DNA from: Mayamaea pseudoterrestris | Taxonomy: Eukaryota | Direction: 5' to 3' | NCBI GenBank assembly: GCA_027923505.1 | Contig: BROI01000026.1 | Span: 310,001-374,000 of the forward strand | DNA length: 64,000 nt | Shown here: positions 45,975 through 60,300 of the stretch, piece by piece | Layout of the letters: each line of letters opens with the position of its first letter | Position numbering within the stretch: the stretch's first letter is position 1 | Made by a program: the position numbers and the translations under genes | Notes under the pieces: generated by a model | What the model was told of the DNA's origin: nothing | The model's database searches: none | What the model saw: the letters and a program-made list of their open reading frames with translations, nothing else

Positions 45975-48388
45975 GGTGGGAATGCTTCACATAATGGGGA
46001 TGGCCAAAGTTCTGTGGATGCTGCCGCTGCTGCTGCGTGACATACAGTCACATGGAATACAGCATATCTACTCCTGTGTTGCCAGGAACACATGAGTTGT
46101 CCAACATTGAATGTGTCATAGAACCTCAAGTATATCATGTTGAAAGGTGGCATTGGCTAAAATGACAATATGAGCCATAGTTTGATTGGTTTGGATTCAT
46201 AGACTGTGCTGTTGTTCCATTTGGCCCATCTACTCCCACAGCTTCCCAAAACTTGAGCTTGCCAGGTTTGTTTGTCTTTCTAGGCCTCATGGATAGCTTG
46301 GCTGGTGGTGACAATGTCTATATTGATGGGGATGCTCAGCGGACCTGGTGGCGTGGTGTGGTGTGGTGACATGATACTTAGCTATGTGGAAGCTAGCATG
46401 TCTGTTCCCAAAACTTGATGGATTTGCATGACCACCAAGGTTTTAGAGTTTGATAGACCTTACCACTAGCTTGGTTAAAGGTGGCAATGTTGCAGATGAT
46501 GGGGATGACCAAAGTTCTGCTTGCGCTGCCGCTGCTGCTGTGTGACAAACAGTCCCACGGAATACAGTGTCTCTACTCCTGTTTTGCCAGGAACACATGA
46601 GTTGTCCAACATTGAATGTGTCATAGTACCTCACGTATACCTTGTTGAAAGGTGGCATTGGCTAAAATGATAATCTGAGCCATAGTTTGATTGGTTTGGA
46701 TTCATAGACTGTGCTGTTGTTCTATTTGGCCCATCTACTCCCACAGCTTTCCCAAAACTTGAGCTTGTCAGGTTTGATTGGTATTGTTGGCCTCATCAAT
46801 AGTTTGGCCAATGGTGGCAATGTTGGTAATTGATGGGGATGCCCAGCTGACCTGGTGGCATGGTGTGGTGTGGCGACGTATGGGATACGTAGCTATGTGG
46901 AAGCTAGCATATCTACTCCCAAAACTTGAAGGATTTGCATGACCGCCAAGGTTGTAGAGGTTGATTGACCTTACCAAAAGCTTTTTGAAAGGTGGGAATG
47001 CTTCACATGATGGGATGGCCATAGTTTTGCGGGTGCTGTCACCGCTGCTGTGTGACATACAGTCGCAGAAAATACAGCGTATCTACTTCAGTTTTGCCAG
47101 GAAAACATGAGTTGTCCCACATTGAATGTGTCATAGTACCTTATGTATACCTTGTCGAATGGTGGCACTGGCTAAAATGACAAACAGAGCCATAGTTTGA
47201 TTGATTTGGATTCATAGACTGCGCTGTTGTTCTATCTGGCCCATCTACTCCCATGGCTTTCCCAAAACTTGAGCTTGCCAGGTTTGTTTGGTTTTGTTGG
47301 CTTCATTGATAGTTTGGCCGATGGTGGCGATGTTGGTAATTTATGGGGATGCCCAGCGGACCTGGTGGCGTGGTGTGGTGTGATGTGGTGTGGTGTGGCG
47401 ACGTACGGGATACTTAGCTATGTGGAAGCTAGCCATCCCAAAACTTGAAGGATTTGCATGACCGCCAAGGTTGTCAATGATGATTGACCTTACCAAAAGC
47501 TTCTGAAGGGTGGGAATGCTTCACATGATGGGAATGGCCAAAGTTCTGCAAATGCTGTTGCTGCTGCTGCTGCGTGACATACAGTCACATGGAATACAGC
47601 GTATCTACTCCTGTTTTGCCAGGAACACATGAGTCGTCCAACATTGTATATGTCATAGTAGCTCAGGTTTACCTTGTCGATAGGTGGCATTGGCTAAAAT
47701 GACAAACAGAGCCATAGTTTGATTGGTTTGGATTCATGGACTGCGCTGTTGTTCTATTTGGCCCATCTACTCCCATGGCTTTCTCATAACTTGAGCTTGC
47801 CAGGTTTGATTGGTTTTGTAGACTGCATTGATAGCATGACCGATGGTGGCAGTGTTGGTAATTGATGGGGATGCCCATCGGACCTGGTGGTGTGGTGTGG
47901 TGTGGTGTGGTGTGGCGACGTACGGCATACTTAGCTATGTGGAAGCTAGCATATCGACTCCCAAAACTTGAAGGATTTGCATGACCACCAAGGTTGTAGA
48001 CGTTGAAAAAACCTTACCAAAAGCTTTTTGAAAGGTGGGAATGCTTCACATGATGGGATAGCCAAAGTTTTGCGGGTGCTGTCACTGCTGCTGCGTTACA
48101 TACAGTCACATGGAATACAGCGTATATACTCCTGTTTTGCCAGGAACACATGAGTTGTCCAACATTGTATTTGTCATAGTAGCTCACGTATACCTTGTTG
48201 AAAGGTGGCATTGGCTAAATTGACAATCAGAGCCATAGTTTGATTGGTTTGGATTCATAGACTACACTGTTGTTCTCTTTGGCCCATCTACTCCCACGGC
48301 TTTCCCAAAACTTGAGCTTGCCGGGTTTGTTTGGTTTTGTAGGCTTCATTGATAGTTTGGCCCATGATGGCTATGTTGGTAATTGATG
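45975..48388. repeat. Satellite B: about 4.7 tandem units of about 505-522 bp containing (GGTGT)n
   Basis: Anchor CCAGGAA at 46082, 46587, 47097, 47619 and 48140; unit length varies partly through the GGTGT tract. Confidence 0.93.
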
Positions 48389-51300
48389 GTATTTGGTGAC
48401 AACTTGCCACCAGTCTCAGCCCGCAGATGCCATGACATTCAAACCTACCTACAGAAGGCCCTGTAGGTGCCCAAATTACACCAGAATGGTGCCAACATTA
48501 TTATTCAGGCTGCGCTACAAGATGGTAGGCTTGGCTGGTGTCTCAGGGGATGGCAATGTATTTGGTGACAACTTGTCACCAGTCTCAGCCCGCAGATGCC
48601 GTGACATTCAAACGCCCCTACAGCAAGCCCTGTAGGTGCCCGAAATACACCAGAATGGTGCCAACATCCATATTCAAGCTGCGCTACAAGATGGTAGGCT
48701 TGGCTGGTGTCTCACAGGATGGCAATGTATTTGGTGACAACTTGTCACCAGTCTCAGCCCACAGATGCCGTGACATTCAAACACCCCTACAACAAGCCCT
48801 GTAGGTCTCCAAATTACACCAGAATGGTGCCAACATCATTATTCTGGCTGCGCTACAAGATGGTAGGCTTGGCTGGTGTCTCAGGGGATGGCAATGTATT
48901 TGGTGACAACTCGTCACCAGTCTCAGCCCGCGGATGCCTTGACATTCAAACGCCCCTACAGCAATCCCTGTAGGTGCCCAAATTACACCAGAATGGTGCC
49001 CACATCCTTATTCAGGCTGCGCTACAAGATGGTAGGCTTGGCTGGTGTCTCACAGGATGGCAATGTATTTGGTGACAACTTGTCACCAGTCTCAGCCCGC
49101 AGATGCCGTGACATTCAAATGCCCCTACATTAAGCCCTGTAGGTGCCCAAATTACACCAGAATGGTGCAAACATTATTATTCAGGCTGCGCTACAAGATG
49201 GTAGGCTTGGCTGGTGTCTCACAGGATGGCAATGTATTTGGTGACAACTTGTCACCAGTCTCAGCCCGCAGATGCCGTGACATTCAAATGCCCCTACATT
49301 AAGCCCTGTAGGTGCCCAAATTACACCAGAATGGTGCCAACATCATTATTCAGGCTGCGCTACATGATGGTAGGCTTGGCAAGTGTCTCAGGGGATGGCA
49401 ATGTAATTGGTGACAACTTGTCACCAGTCTCAGCCCGCAGATGCCGTGACATTCAAACGCCCCTACAGCAAGCCCTGTAGGTGCCCAAAATACACCTGAA
49501 TGGTGCCAACATCATTATTCAGGCCGCGCTACAAGATGGTAGGCTTGGCAAGTGTCTCAGGGGATGGCAATGTATTTGGTGACAACTTGTCACCAGTCTC
49601 AGCCCGCAGATGCCATGACATTCAAACGCCCCTACAGCAAGCCCTTTAGGTTCCCAAAATACACCAGAATGGTGCCAACATCATCTTTCAGGCTGTGCTA
49701 CAAGATGGTAGGCTTGGCTGGTGTCTCACGGGATGGCAATGTATTTGGTGACAACTTGTCACCAGTCTCAGCCCGCAGATGCTGTGACATTCAAACGCCC
49801 CTACATTAAGCCCTGTAGGTGTCCAAATTACACCAGAATGGTGCCAACATCATTATTCAGGCTGCGCTACAAGATGGTAGGCTTGGGAAGTGTCTCAGGG
49901 GATGGCAATGTATTTGGTGACAACTTGTCACCAGTCTCAGCCCGCAGATGCCGTGACATTCAAACGCCCCTAAAGCTAGCCCTGTAGGTGCCCAAATTAC
50001 ACCAGAATGGTGCCAACATCATTATTCAGGCTGCGCTACAAGATGGTAGGCTTGGCAAGTGTCTCAGGGGATGGCAATGTATTTGGTGACAACTTGTCAC
50101 CAGTCTCAGCCCGCAGATGCCGTGACATTCAAACGCCCCTACAGCAAGCCCTGTAGGTGCCCAAAATACACCAGAATGGTGCCAACATCATTATTCAGGC
50201 TGCGCTACAAGATGGTAGGCTTGGCTGGTGTTTCAGGGAATGGCAATGTATTTGGTGACAACTTGTCACCAGTCTCAGCCCACAGATGCCGTGACATTCA
50301 AACGCCCCTACAGCAAGCCCTGTAGGTGCCCAAAATACACCAGAATGGTGCCAACATTATTATTCAGGCTGCGCTACAAGATGGTAGGCTTGGCTGGTGT
50401 CTCAGGGGATGGCAATGTATTTGGTGACAACTTGTCCCCATTCTCAGTCCGCAGATGACATGACATTCAAACGCCCCTACAGCAAGCCCTGTAGGTGCCC
50501 AAAATACACCAGAATGGTGCCAATATCATTTTTCAGGCTGAGCTACAAATTGGTAGGCTTGGCTGGTGTCTCAGGGGATGGCAATGTATTTGGTGACAAC
50601 TTGTCACCAGTCTCAGCCCGCACATGCCGTGACATTCAAACGCCCCTACAGCAAGCCCTGTAGGTGCCCAAAAAACACCAGAATGGTGCCAACATCATCA
50701 TTCAGGCTGTGCTACAAGATGGTAGGCTTGGCTGGTGTCTCACGGGATGGCAATGTATTTGGTGACAACTTGTCACCAGTCTCAGCCCGCAGATGCCGTG
50801 ACATTCAAACGCCCCTACAGCAAGCCCTTTAGGTGCCCAAATTACACCAGAATGGTGCCAACATTATTATTCAGGCTGCGCTACAAGATGGTAGGCTTGG
50901 CTGGTGTCTCAGGGGATGGCAATGTATTTGGTGACAACTTGTCACCAGTCTCAGCCCGCAGATGCCGTGACATTCAAACGCCCCTACAGCAAGCCCTGTA
51001 GGTGCCCGAAATACACCAGAATGGTGCCAACATCCATATTCAAGCTGCGCTACAAGATGGTAGGCTTGGCTGGTGTTTCAGGGAATGGCAATGTATTTGG
51101 TGACAACTTGTCACCAGTCTCAGCCCGCAGATGCCGTGACATTCAAACGCCCCTACAGCAAGCCCTGTAGGTGCCCAAAAAACACCAGAATGGTGCCAAC
51201 ATCATCATTCAGGCTGTGCTACAAGATGGTAGGCTTGGCTGGTGTCTCACGGGATGGCAATGTATTTGGTGACAACTTGTCACCAGTCTCAGCCCGCAGA

Positions 51301-54300
51301 TGCCGTGACATTCAAACGCCCCTACAGCGAGCCCTGTAGGTGCCCAAAATACACCAGAATGGTGCCAACATCATTATTTAGGCTGCGCTACAAGATGGTA
51401 GGCTTGGCTGGTGTCTCAAGGGTTGGTAATGTATTTGGTGACAACTTGTCACCAGTCTCAGCCCGCAGATGCCGTGACATTCAAACACCCCTACAGCAAG
51501 CCCTGTAGGTGCCCAAAATACACCAGAATGGTGCCAACATCATTATTCAGGCTGCGCTACAAGATGGTAGGCTTGGCTGGTGTCTCAGGGGATGGCAATG
51601 TATTTGGTGACAACTTGTCACCAGTCTCAGCCCGCAGATGCCGTGACATTCAAACGCCCCTACAGCAAGCCCTGTAGGTGCCCAAAATACACCAGAATGG
51701 TGCCAACATCATCATTCAGGCTGCGCTACAAGATGGTAGGCCTGGCTGGTGTCTCACAGAATGGCAATGTATTTGGTGACAACTTGTCACCAGTCTCAGC
51801 CCGCTGATGCCATGACATTCAAACGCCCCTACAGCAAGCCCTGTAGGTGCCCAAAATACAATAGAATGGTGCCAACATTATTATTCAGGCTGCGCTACAA
51901 GATGGTAGGCTTGGCTGGTGTCTTTGACTGTCACCCAGCGCAATTTGGTGACAACGTCACCCTCAGCTCACAAGATGGGGCTTGGCCTCAGCGCGAGACA
52001 CTACAGCAAGCCCTGTAGGTGCCCTAATTACACAAGAATGGTACCAACATCATTATTCAGGCTGCGCTACAAGATGGTAGGCTTGGCTGGTGTCTCCAGG
52101 GATGGCAATGTATTTGGTGACAACTTGTCACCAGTCTCAGCCCGCAAATGCCATGACATTCAAACGCCCCTACAGCAAGCCCTGTAGGTGCCCAAAATAC
52201 ACCAGGAAGGTGACAACATCCTTATTCAGGCTGCGCTACAAGATGGTAGGCTTGGCGGATGCCTCAGGGGACGGCAATGTATTTGGTGACAACTTGTCAC
52301 CAGTCTCAGCCCAAAGATGCCGTGACATTCAAATGCCCCTACAGCAAGCCCTGTAGGTGCCCAAAATACACCAGAATGGTGCCAACATCATTATTACGGC
52401 TGCGCTACAAGATGGCAGGCTTGGCTGGTGTCTCACATGATGGTAATGTATTTGGTGACAAATTGTCACCAGTCTCAGCCCGCAGATGCCGTGACATTCA
52501 AACGCCCCTACAGCAAGCCCTATAGGTGCCCAAAATACACTGGAATGGTGCCAACATTATAATTTAGGCTGCGCTACAAGATGGTAGGCTTGGCTGGTGT
52601 CTCAGGGGATGGCAATGTATTTGGTGACAACTTGTCCCCATTCTCAGTCCGCAGATGACATGACATTCAAACGCCCCTACAGCAAGCCCTGTAGGTGCCC
52701 AAAATACACCAGAATGGTGCCAACATCATTATTCAGGCTGCGCTACAAGATGGTAGGCTTGGCTGGTGTCTCAGGGGATGGCAATGTAATTGGTGACAAC
52801 TTGTCACCAGTCTCAGCCCGCAAATGCCATGACATTCAAACGCCCCTACAGCAAGCCCTGTAGGTGCCCAAAATACACCAGAATGGTGCCAGCATCATTA
52901 TTCAGGCTGCGCTACAAGATGGTAGGCTTGGCTGGTGTCTCAGGGGATGGCAATGTATTTGGTGACAACTTGTCACCAGTCTCAGCCCGCAAATGCCAGG
53001 ACATTCAAACGCCCCTACAGCAAGCCCTGTAGGTGCCCAAAATACACCAGAATGGTGCCAACATCATTATTCAGGCTGCGCTACAAGATGGTAGGCTTGG
53101 CTGGTGTCTCAGGGGATGGCAAATGTATTTGGTGACAACTTGTCACCAATCTAAGCCCGCAGATGCCGTGACATTCAAACGCCCCTACAGCAAGCCCTGT
53201 AGGTGCCCAAAATACACCAGAATGGTGCCAACATCATTATTCAGGCTGCGCTACAAGATGGTAGGCTTGGCTGGTGTCTCAGGGGATGGCAATGTATTTG
53301 GTGACAACTTGTCACCAGTCTCAGCCCGCAGATGCCATGACATTCAAACGCCCCTACAGCAAGCCCTGTAGGTGCCCCAAACTACACCAGAATGGTGCCT
53401 TCACTATTGTTAAGGCTGCGCTACAAGATGGTAGGCTTGGCTGTTGTCTCATGGGGTGGCGAAAGTATTTGGTGACAACTTGTCACCAGTCTCAGCCCGC
53501 AGATGCCGTGACATTCAAACGCCCTACAGCAAGCCCTGTCACGTTACACCAGAATGGTGCCAGCATCATTATTCAGGCTGCGCTACAAGATGGTAGGCTT
53601 GGCTGGTGTCTCAGGGGATGGCAAAGTATTTGGTGACAACTTGTCACCAGTCTCAGCCCGCAGATGCCGTGACATTCAAACGCCCCTACAGCAAGCCCTG
53701 TAGGTGCCTAATTATACCAGAATGGTGCCAACATCATTATTCAGGCTGCGCTACAAATGATAGGCTTGGCTGGTGTCTCAGGGGATGGCAATGTATTTGG
53801 TGACAACTTGTCACCAGTCTCAGCCCGCAGATGCCGTGACATTCAAACGCCCCTACAGCAAGCCCTGTAGGTGCCCAAAATACACCAGAATGGTGCCAAC
53901 ATCATTATTCAGGCTGCGCTACAAGATGGTAGGCTTGGCTGGTGTCTCAGGGGATGCAATGTATTTGGTGACAACTTGTCACCAGTCTCAGCCCGCGGAT
54001 GCCGTGACATTCAAACGCTCCTACAGCAAGCCCTGTGGGGTGCCCAAAATACACCAGAATGGTGCCAACATCATTATTCAGGCTGCGCTACAAGATGGTA
54101 GGCTTGGCTGGTGTCTCAGGGGATGGCAATGTATTTGGTGACAACTTGTCACCAGTCTCAGCCCGCAGATGCCGTGACATTCAAACGCCCCTACAGCAAG
54201 CCCTGTAGGTCGCGAAATACACCAGAATGGTGCCAGCATCATTATTCAGGCTGCGCTACAAGATGGTAGGCTTGGCTGGTGTCTCAGGGGATGGCAATGT

Positions 54301-57300
54301 ATTTGGTGACAACTTGTCACCAGTCTCAGCCCGCAGATGCCGTGACATTCAAACGCCCCTACAGCAAGCCCTGTAGATGCCCAAAATACACCAGAATGGT
54401 GCCAACATCATTATTCAGGCTGCGCTACAAGATGGTAGGCTTGGCTGGTGTCTCAGGGGATGGCAATGTTTTGGTGACAACTTGTCACCAGTCTCAGCCC
54501 GCAGATGCCGTGACATTCAAACGCCCCTACAGCAAGCCCTGTAGGTGCCCAAAATACACCAGAATGGTGCCAACATCATTATTCAGGCTGCGCTACAAGA
54601 TGGTATGCTTGGCTGGTGTCTCAGGGGATGGCAATGTATTTGGTGACAACTTGTCACCAGTCTCAGCCCGCAGATGCCTTGACATTCAAACGCCCCTACA
54701 GCAAGCCCTGTAGGTGCCCAAAATACACCAGAATGGTGCCAACATCATTATTCAGGCTGCGCTACAAGATGGTAGGCTTGGCTGGTGTCTCAGTGGATGG
54801 CAATGTATTTGGTGACAACTTGTCACCAGTCTCAGCCCGCAGATGCCGTGACATTCAAACACCCCTACAGCAAGCCCTGTAGGTGCCCAAAATACACCAG
54901 AATGGTGCCAACATTATTATTCAGGCTGCGCTACAAGATGGTAGGCTTGGCTGGTGTCTCAGGGGTTAGCAATGTATTAGGTGACAACTTGTCACCAGTC
55001 TCAGCCCGCAGATGCCGTGACATTCAAACACCCCTACAGCAAGCCCTGTAGGGTGCCCAAAATACACCAGAAGGTGCCAACATCATTATTCAGGCTGCGC
55101 TACAAGATGGTAGGCCTGGCTGGTGTCTCAGGGATGGCAATGTATTTGGTGACAACTTGTAACAGTCTCAGCCCGCAGATGCCGTGACATTCAAACGCCC
55201 CTACAGCAAGCCCTGTATGCGCCCAAAATACACCAGAATGGTGCCAACATCATTATTCCGGCTGCGCTACAAGATGGTAGGCTTGGCGGTGTCTCAGGGG
55301 GATGGCAATGTATTTGGTGACAACTTGTCACCAGTCTCAGCCCGCAGATGCCGTGACATTCAAACGCCCCTACAGCAAGCCCTGTAGGTCCAAAATACAC
55401 CAGAATGGTGCCTCCATCATTATTCAGGCTGCGCTACAAGATGGTAGGCTTGGCTGGTGTCTCAGGGGATTGCAATGTATTTGGTGACAACTTGTCACCA
55501 GTCTCAGCCCGCAGATGCCGTGACATTCAAACGCCCCTACAGCAAGCCCTGTAGGTGCCCAAAATACACCAGAATGGTGCCAACATCATTATTCAGGCTG
55601 CGCTACAAGATGGTAGGCTTGGCTGGTGTCTCAGGGGATGGCAATGTATTTGGTGACAACTTGTCACCAGTCTCAGCCCGCAGATGCCGTGACATTCAAA
55701 CGCCCCTACAGCAAGCCCTGTAGGTGCCCAAAATACACCAGAATGGTGCCAACATCATTATTCAGGCTGCGCTACAAGATGGTAGGCTTGGCTGGTGTCT
55801 CAGTTGATGGCAATGTTATTGGTGACAACTTGTCACCAGTCTCAGCCCGCAGATGCCGTGACATTCAAACGCCCCTACAGCAAGCCCTGTTGGTGCCCAA
55901 AATACACCAGAATGGTGCCAACATCATTATTCAGGCTGCGCTACAAGATGGTAGGCTTGGCTGGTGTCTCAGGGGATGGCAATGTATTTGGTGACAACTT
56001 GTCACCAGTCTCAGCCCGCAGATGCCGTGACATTCAAACGCCCCTACAGCAAGCCCTGTAGGTGCCCAAAATACACCAGAATGGTGCCAACATCATTATT
56101 CAGGCTGCGCTACAAGATGGTAGGCTTGGCTGGTGTCTCACGGGATGGCAATGTATTTGGTGACAACTTGTCACCAGTCTCAGCCCGCAGATGCCGTGAC
56201 ATTCAAACGCCCCTACAGCAAGCCCTGTAGGTGCCCAAAATACACCAGAATGGTGCCAACATCATTATTCAGGCTGCGCTACAAGATGGTAGGCTTGGCT
56301 GGTGTCTCAGGGGATGGCAATGTATTTGGTGACAACTTGTCACCAGTCTCAGCCCGCAGATGCCGTGACATTCAAACGCCCCTACAGCAAGCCCTGTAGG
56401 TGCCCAAAATACACCAGAATGGTGCCAACATCATTATTCAGGCTGCGCTACAAAATGGTAGGCTTGGCTGGTGTCTCAGGGTGTGGCAATGTATTTGGTG
56501 ACAACTTGTCACCAGTCTCAGCCCGCAGATGCCGTGACATTCAAACGCCCTACAGCTAGCCCTGTAGGTGCCCACAGTACACCAGAATGGTGCCAACATC
56601 ATATTAAGGCTGCGCTACAAGATGGTAGGCTTGGCTGGTGTCTCAGGGGATGGCAATGTATTTGGTGACAACTTGTCACCAGTCTCAGCCCGCAGATGCC
56701 GTGACATTCAAACGCCCCTACAGCAAGCCCTGTAGGTGCCCAAAATACACCAGAATGGTGCCAACATCATCATTCAGGCTGCGCTACAAGATGGTAGGCT
56801 TGGCTGGTGTCTCAGTTGATGGCAATGTATTTGGTGACAACTTGTCACCAGTCTCAGCCCGCAGATGCCGTGACATTCAAACGCCCCTACAGCAAGCCCT
56901 GTAGGTGCCCAAAATACACCAGAATGGTGCCAACATCATTATTCAGGCTGCGCTACAAGATGGTAGGCTTGGCTGGTGTCTCAGGGGATGGCAATGTATT
57001 TGGTGACAACTTGTCACCAGTCTCAGCCCCCAGATGCCGTGACATTCAAACGCCCCCTACAGCAAGCCCTGTAGGTGCCCAAAATACACCAGAATGGTGC
57101 CAACATCATTAATCAGGCTGCGCTACAAGATGGTAGGCTTGGCTGGTGTCTCAGGGGATGGCAATGTATTTGGTGACAACTTGTCACCAGTCTCAGCCGG
57201 CAGATGCCGTGACATTCAAACGCCCCTACAGCAAGCCCTGTAGGTGCCCAAAATACACCAGAATGGTGCCAACATCATCATTCAGGCTGCGCTACAAGAT

Positions 57301-60300
57301 GGTAGGCTTGGCTGGTGTCTCAGTTGATGGCAATGTATTTGGTGACAACTCGTCACCAGTCTCAGCCCGCAGATGCCGTGACATTCAAATGCCCCTACAG
57401 CAAGCCCTGTAGGTGCCCAAAATACACCAGAATGGTGCCAACATCATTTTAGGCTGTTCTAAAAAATGGTAGGCTTGGCTGGTGTCTCAGGGGTTAGCAA
57501 TGTATTAGGTGACAACTTGTCACCAGTCTCAGCCCGCAGATGCCGTGACATTCAAACGCCCCTACAGCAAGCCCTGTAGGTACCCAAAATACACCAGAAT
57601 GGTGCCAACATCTCTATTCAGGCTGCGCTACAAAATGGTAGGCTTGGCTGGTGTCTCAGGGGATGGCAATGTATTTGGTGACAACTTGTCACCAGTCTCA
57701 GCCCGCAGATGCCGTGACATTCAAACGCCCCTACAGCAAGCCCTGTAGGTGCCCAAAATACACCAGAATGGTGCCAACATCATCATTCAGGCTGCGCTAC
57801 AAGATGGTAGGCTTGGCTGGTGTCTCACGGGATGGCAATGTATTTGGTGACAACTTGTCACCAGTCTCAGCCGGCAGATGCCGTGACATTCAAACGCCCC
57901 TACAGCAAGCCCTGTAGGTGCCCAAAATACACCAGAATGGTGCCAACATCATTATTCAGGCTGCGCTACAAGATGGTAGGCTTAGCAATGTCTCAGGGCC
58001 GCAATATACGGATGGTAATGTATTTGGTGACAACTTGTCACCAGTCTCAGCCCGCAGATGCCGTGACATTCAAACGCCCCTACAGCAAGCCCTGTAGGTG
58101 CCCAAAATACACCAGAATGGTGCCAACATCATTATTCAGGCTGCGCTACAAGATGGTAGGCTTGGCTGGTGTCTCAGGGGATGGCAATGTATTTGGTGAC
58201 AACTTGTCACCAGTCTCAGCCCGCAGATGCGGTGACTTTCAAATGCCCCTACAGCAAGCCCTGTAGGTGCCCAAAAAACACTAGAATGGTGCCAACATCA
58301 TCATTCAGGCTGCGCTACAAGATGGTAGGCTTGGCTGGTGTCTCAGGGGATGGCAATGTATTTGGTGACAACTTGTCACCAGTCTCAGCCCGCAGATGCC
58401 GTGACATTCAAACGCCCCTACAGCAAGCCCTGTAGGTGCCCAAAATACACCAGAATGGTGCCAACATCATCATTCAGGCTGCGCTACAAGATGGTAGGCT
58501 TGGCTGGTGTCTCAGGGGATGGCAATGTATTTGGTGACAACTTGTCACCAGTCTCAGCCCGCAGATGCTGGACATTCAAACGCCCCTACAGCAAGCCCTG
58601 TAGGTGCCCAAAATACACCAGAATGGTGCCAACATCATTATTCAGGCTGCGCTACAAGATGGTAGGCTTGGCTGGTGTCTCAGGGGATGGCAATGTATTT
58701 GGTGACAACTTGTCACCAGTCTCAGCCCGCAGATGCCATGACATTCAAACGCTCCGCAAAGCCCTGTAGGTGCCCAAAATACACCAGAATGGTGCCAACA
58801 TTATTATTCAGGCTGCGCTACAAGATGGTAGACTTGGCTGGTGTCTCAGGGATGGCAATGTATTTGGTGACAACTTGTCACCAGTCTCAGCCCCGCAGAT
58901 GCCGTGACATTCAAACTCAGCCCCTACAGCAAGCCCTGTAGGTGCCCAAAATACACCAGAATGGTGCCAACATCATTATCTCAGGCTGCGCTACAAGATG
59001 GTAGGCTTGGCTGGTGTCTCAGGGGATGGCAATGTATTTGGTGACAACTTGTCACCAGTCTCAGCCCGCAGATGCCGTGACATTCAAACGCCCCTACAGC
59101 AAGCCCTGTAGGTGCCCAAAATACACCAGAATGGTGCCAACATCATTATTCAGGCTGCGCTACAAGATGGTAGGCTTGGCTGGTGTCTCAGGGGATGGCA
59201 ATGTATTTGGTGACAACTTGTCACCAGTCTCAGCCCACAGATGCCTTGACATTCAAACACCAGAATGGTGCCAAAATCATTATTCCAGCTTCGCTACAAG
59301 ATGGTAGGCTTGGCTGGTGTCTCAGGGGATGGCAATGTATTTGGTGACAACTTGTCTCCAGTCTCAGCCGGCAGTGGCCATGATATTCAAAGGCCCCTAC
59401 AGCAAGCCCTTTAGGTGCCCAAATAATACCAGAATGGTGCCAACATCATTATTCAGGCTGCGCTACAAGATGGTAGGCTTGGTTGGTGTCTCAGGGGATG
59501 GCAATGTATTTGGTGACAACTTGTCACCAGTCTCAGCCCGCAGATGCCGTGACATTCAAACGCCCCTACAGCAAGCCCTGTAGGTGCCCAAAATACACCA
59601 GAATGGTGCCAACATCATTATTCAGGCTGCGCTACAAGATGGTAGGCTTGGCTGGTGTCTCAGGGATGGCAATGTATTTGGTGACAACTTGTCACCAGTC
59701 TCAGCCTGCAGATGCCGTGACATTAACAAACACCCTACAGCAAGCCCTGTAGGTGCCCAAAATACACCAGAATGGTGCCAACATCATTATTCAGGCTGCG
59801 CTACAAGATGGTAGGCTTGGCTGGTGTCTCAGGGGATGGCAATGTATTTGGTGACAACTTGTCACCAGTCTCAGCCCGCAGATGCCGTGACATTCAAACG
59901 CCCCTACAGCAAGCCCTGTAGGTGCCCAAAATACACCAGAATGGTGCCAACATCATTATTCAGGCTGCGCTACAAGATGGTAGGCTTGGCTGGTGTCTCA
60001 GGGGATGGCAATGTATTTGGTGACAACTTGTCACCAGTCTCAGCCCGCAGATGCCGTGACATTCAAACGCCCCTACAGCAAGCCCTGTAGGTGCCCAAAA
60101 TACACCAGAATGGTGCCAACATCATTATTCAGGCTGCGCTACAAGATGGTAGGCTTGGCTGGTGTCTCAGGGGATGGCAATGTATTTGGTGACAACTTGT
60201 CACCAGTCTCAGCCCGCAGATGCCGTGACATTCAAACGCCCCTACAGCAAGCCCTGTAGGTGCCCAAAATACACCAGAATGGTGCCAACATCCTTATTCC

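Noticed and set aside
46345..47915. (GGTGT)n tracts as telomere repeats
   Set aside because: Short, internal to satellite B units, and not TTAGGG-like terminal arrays.
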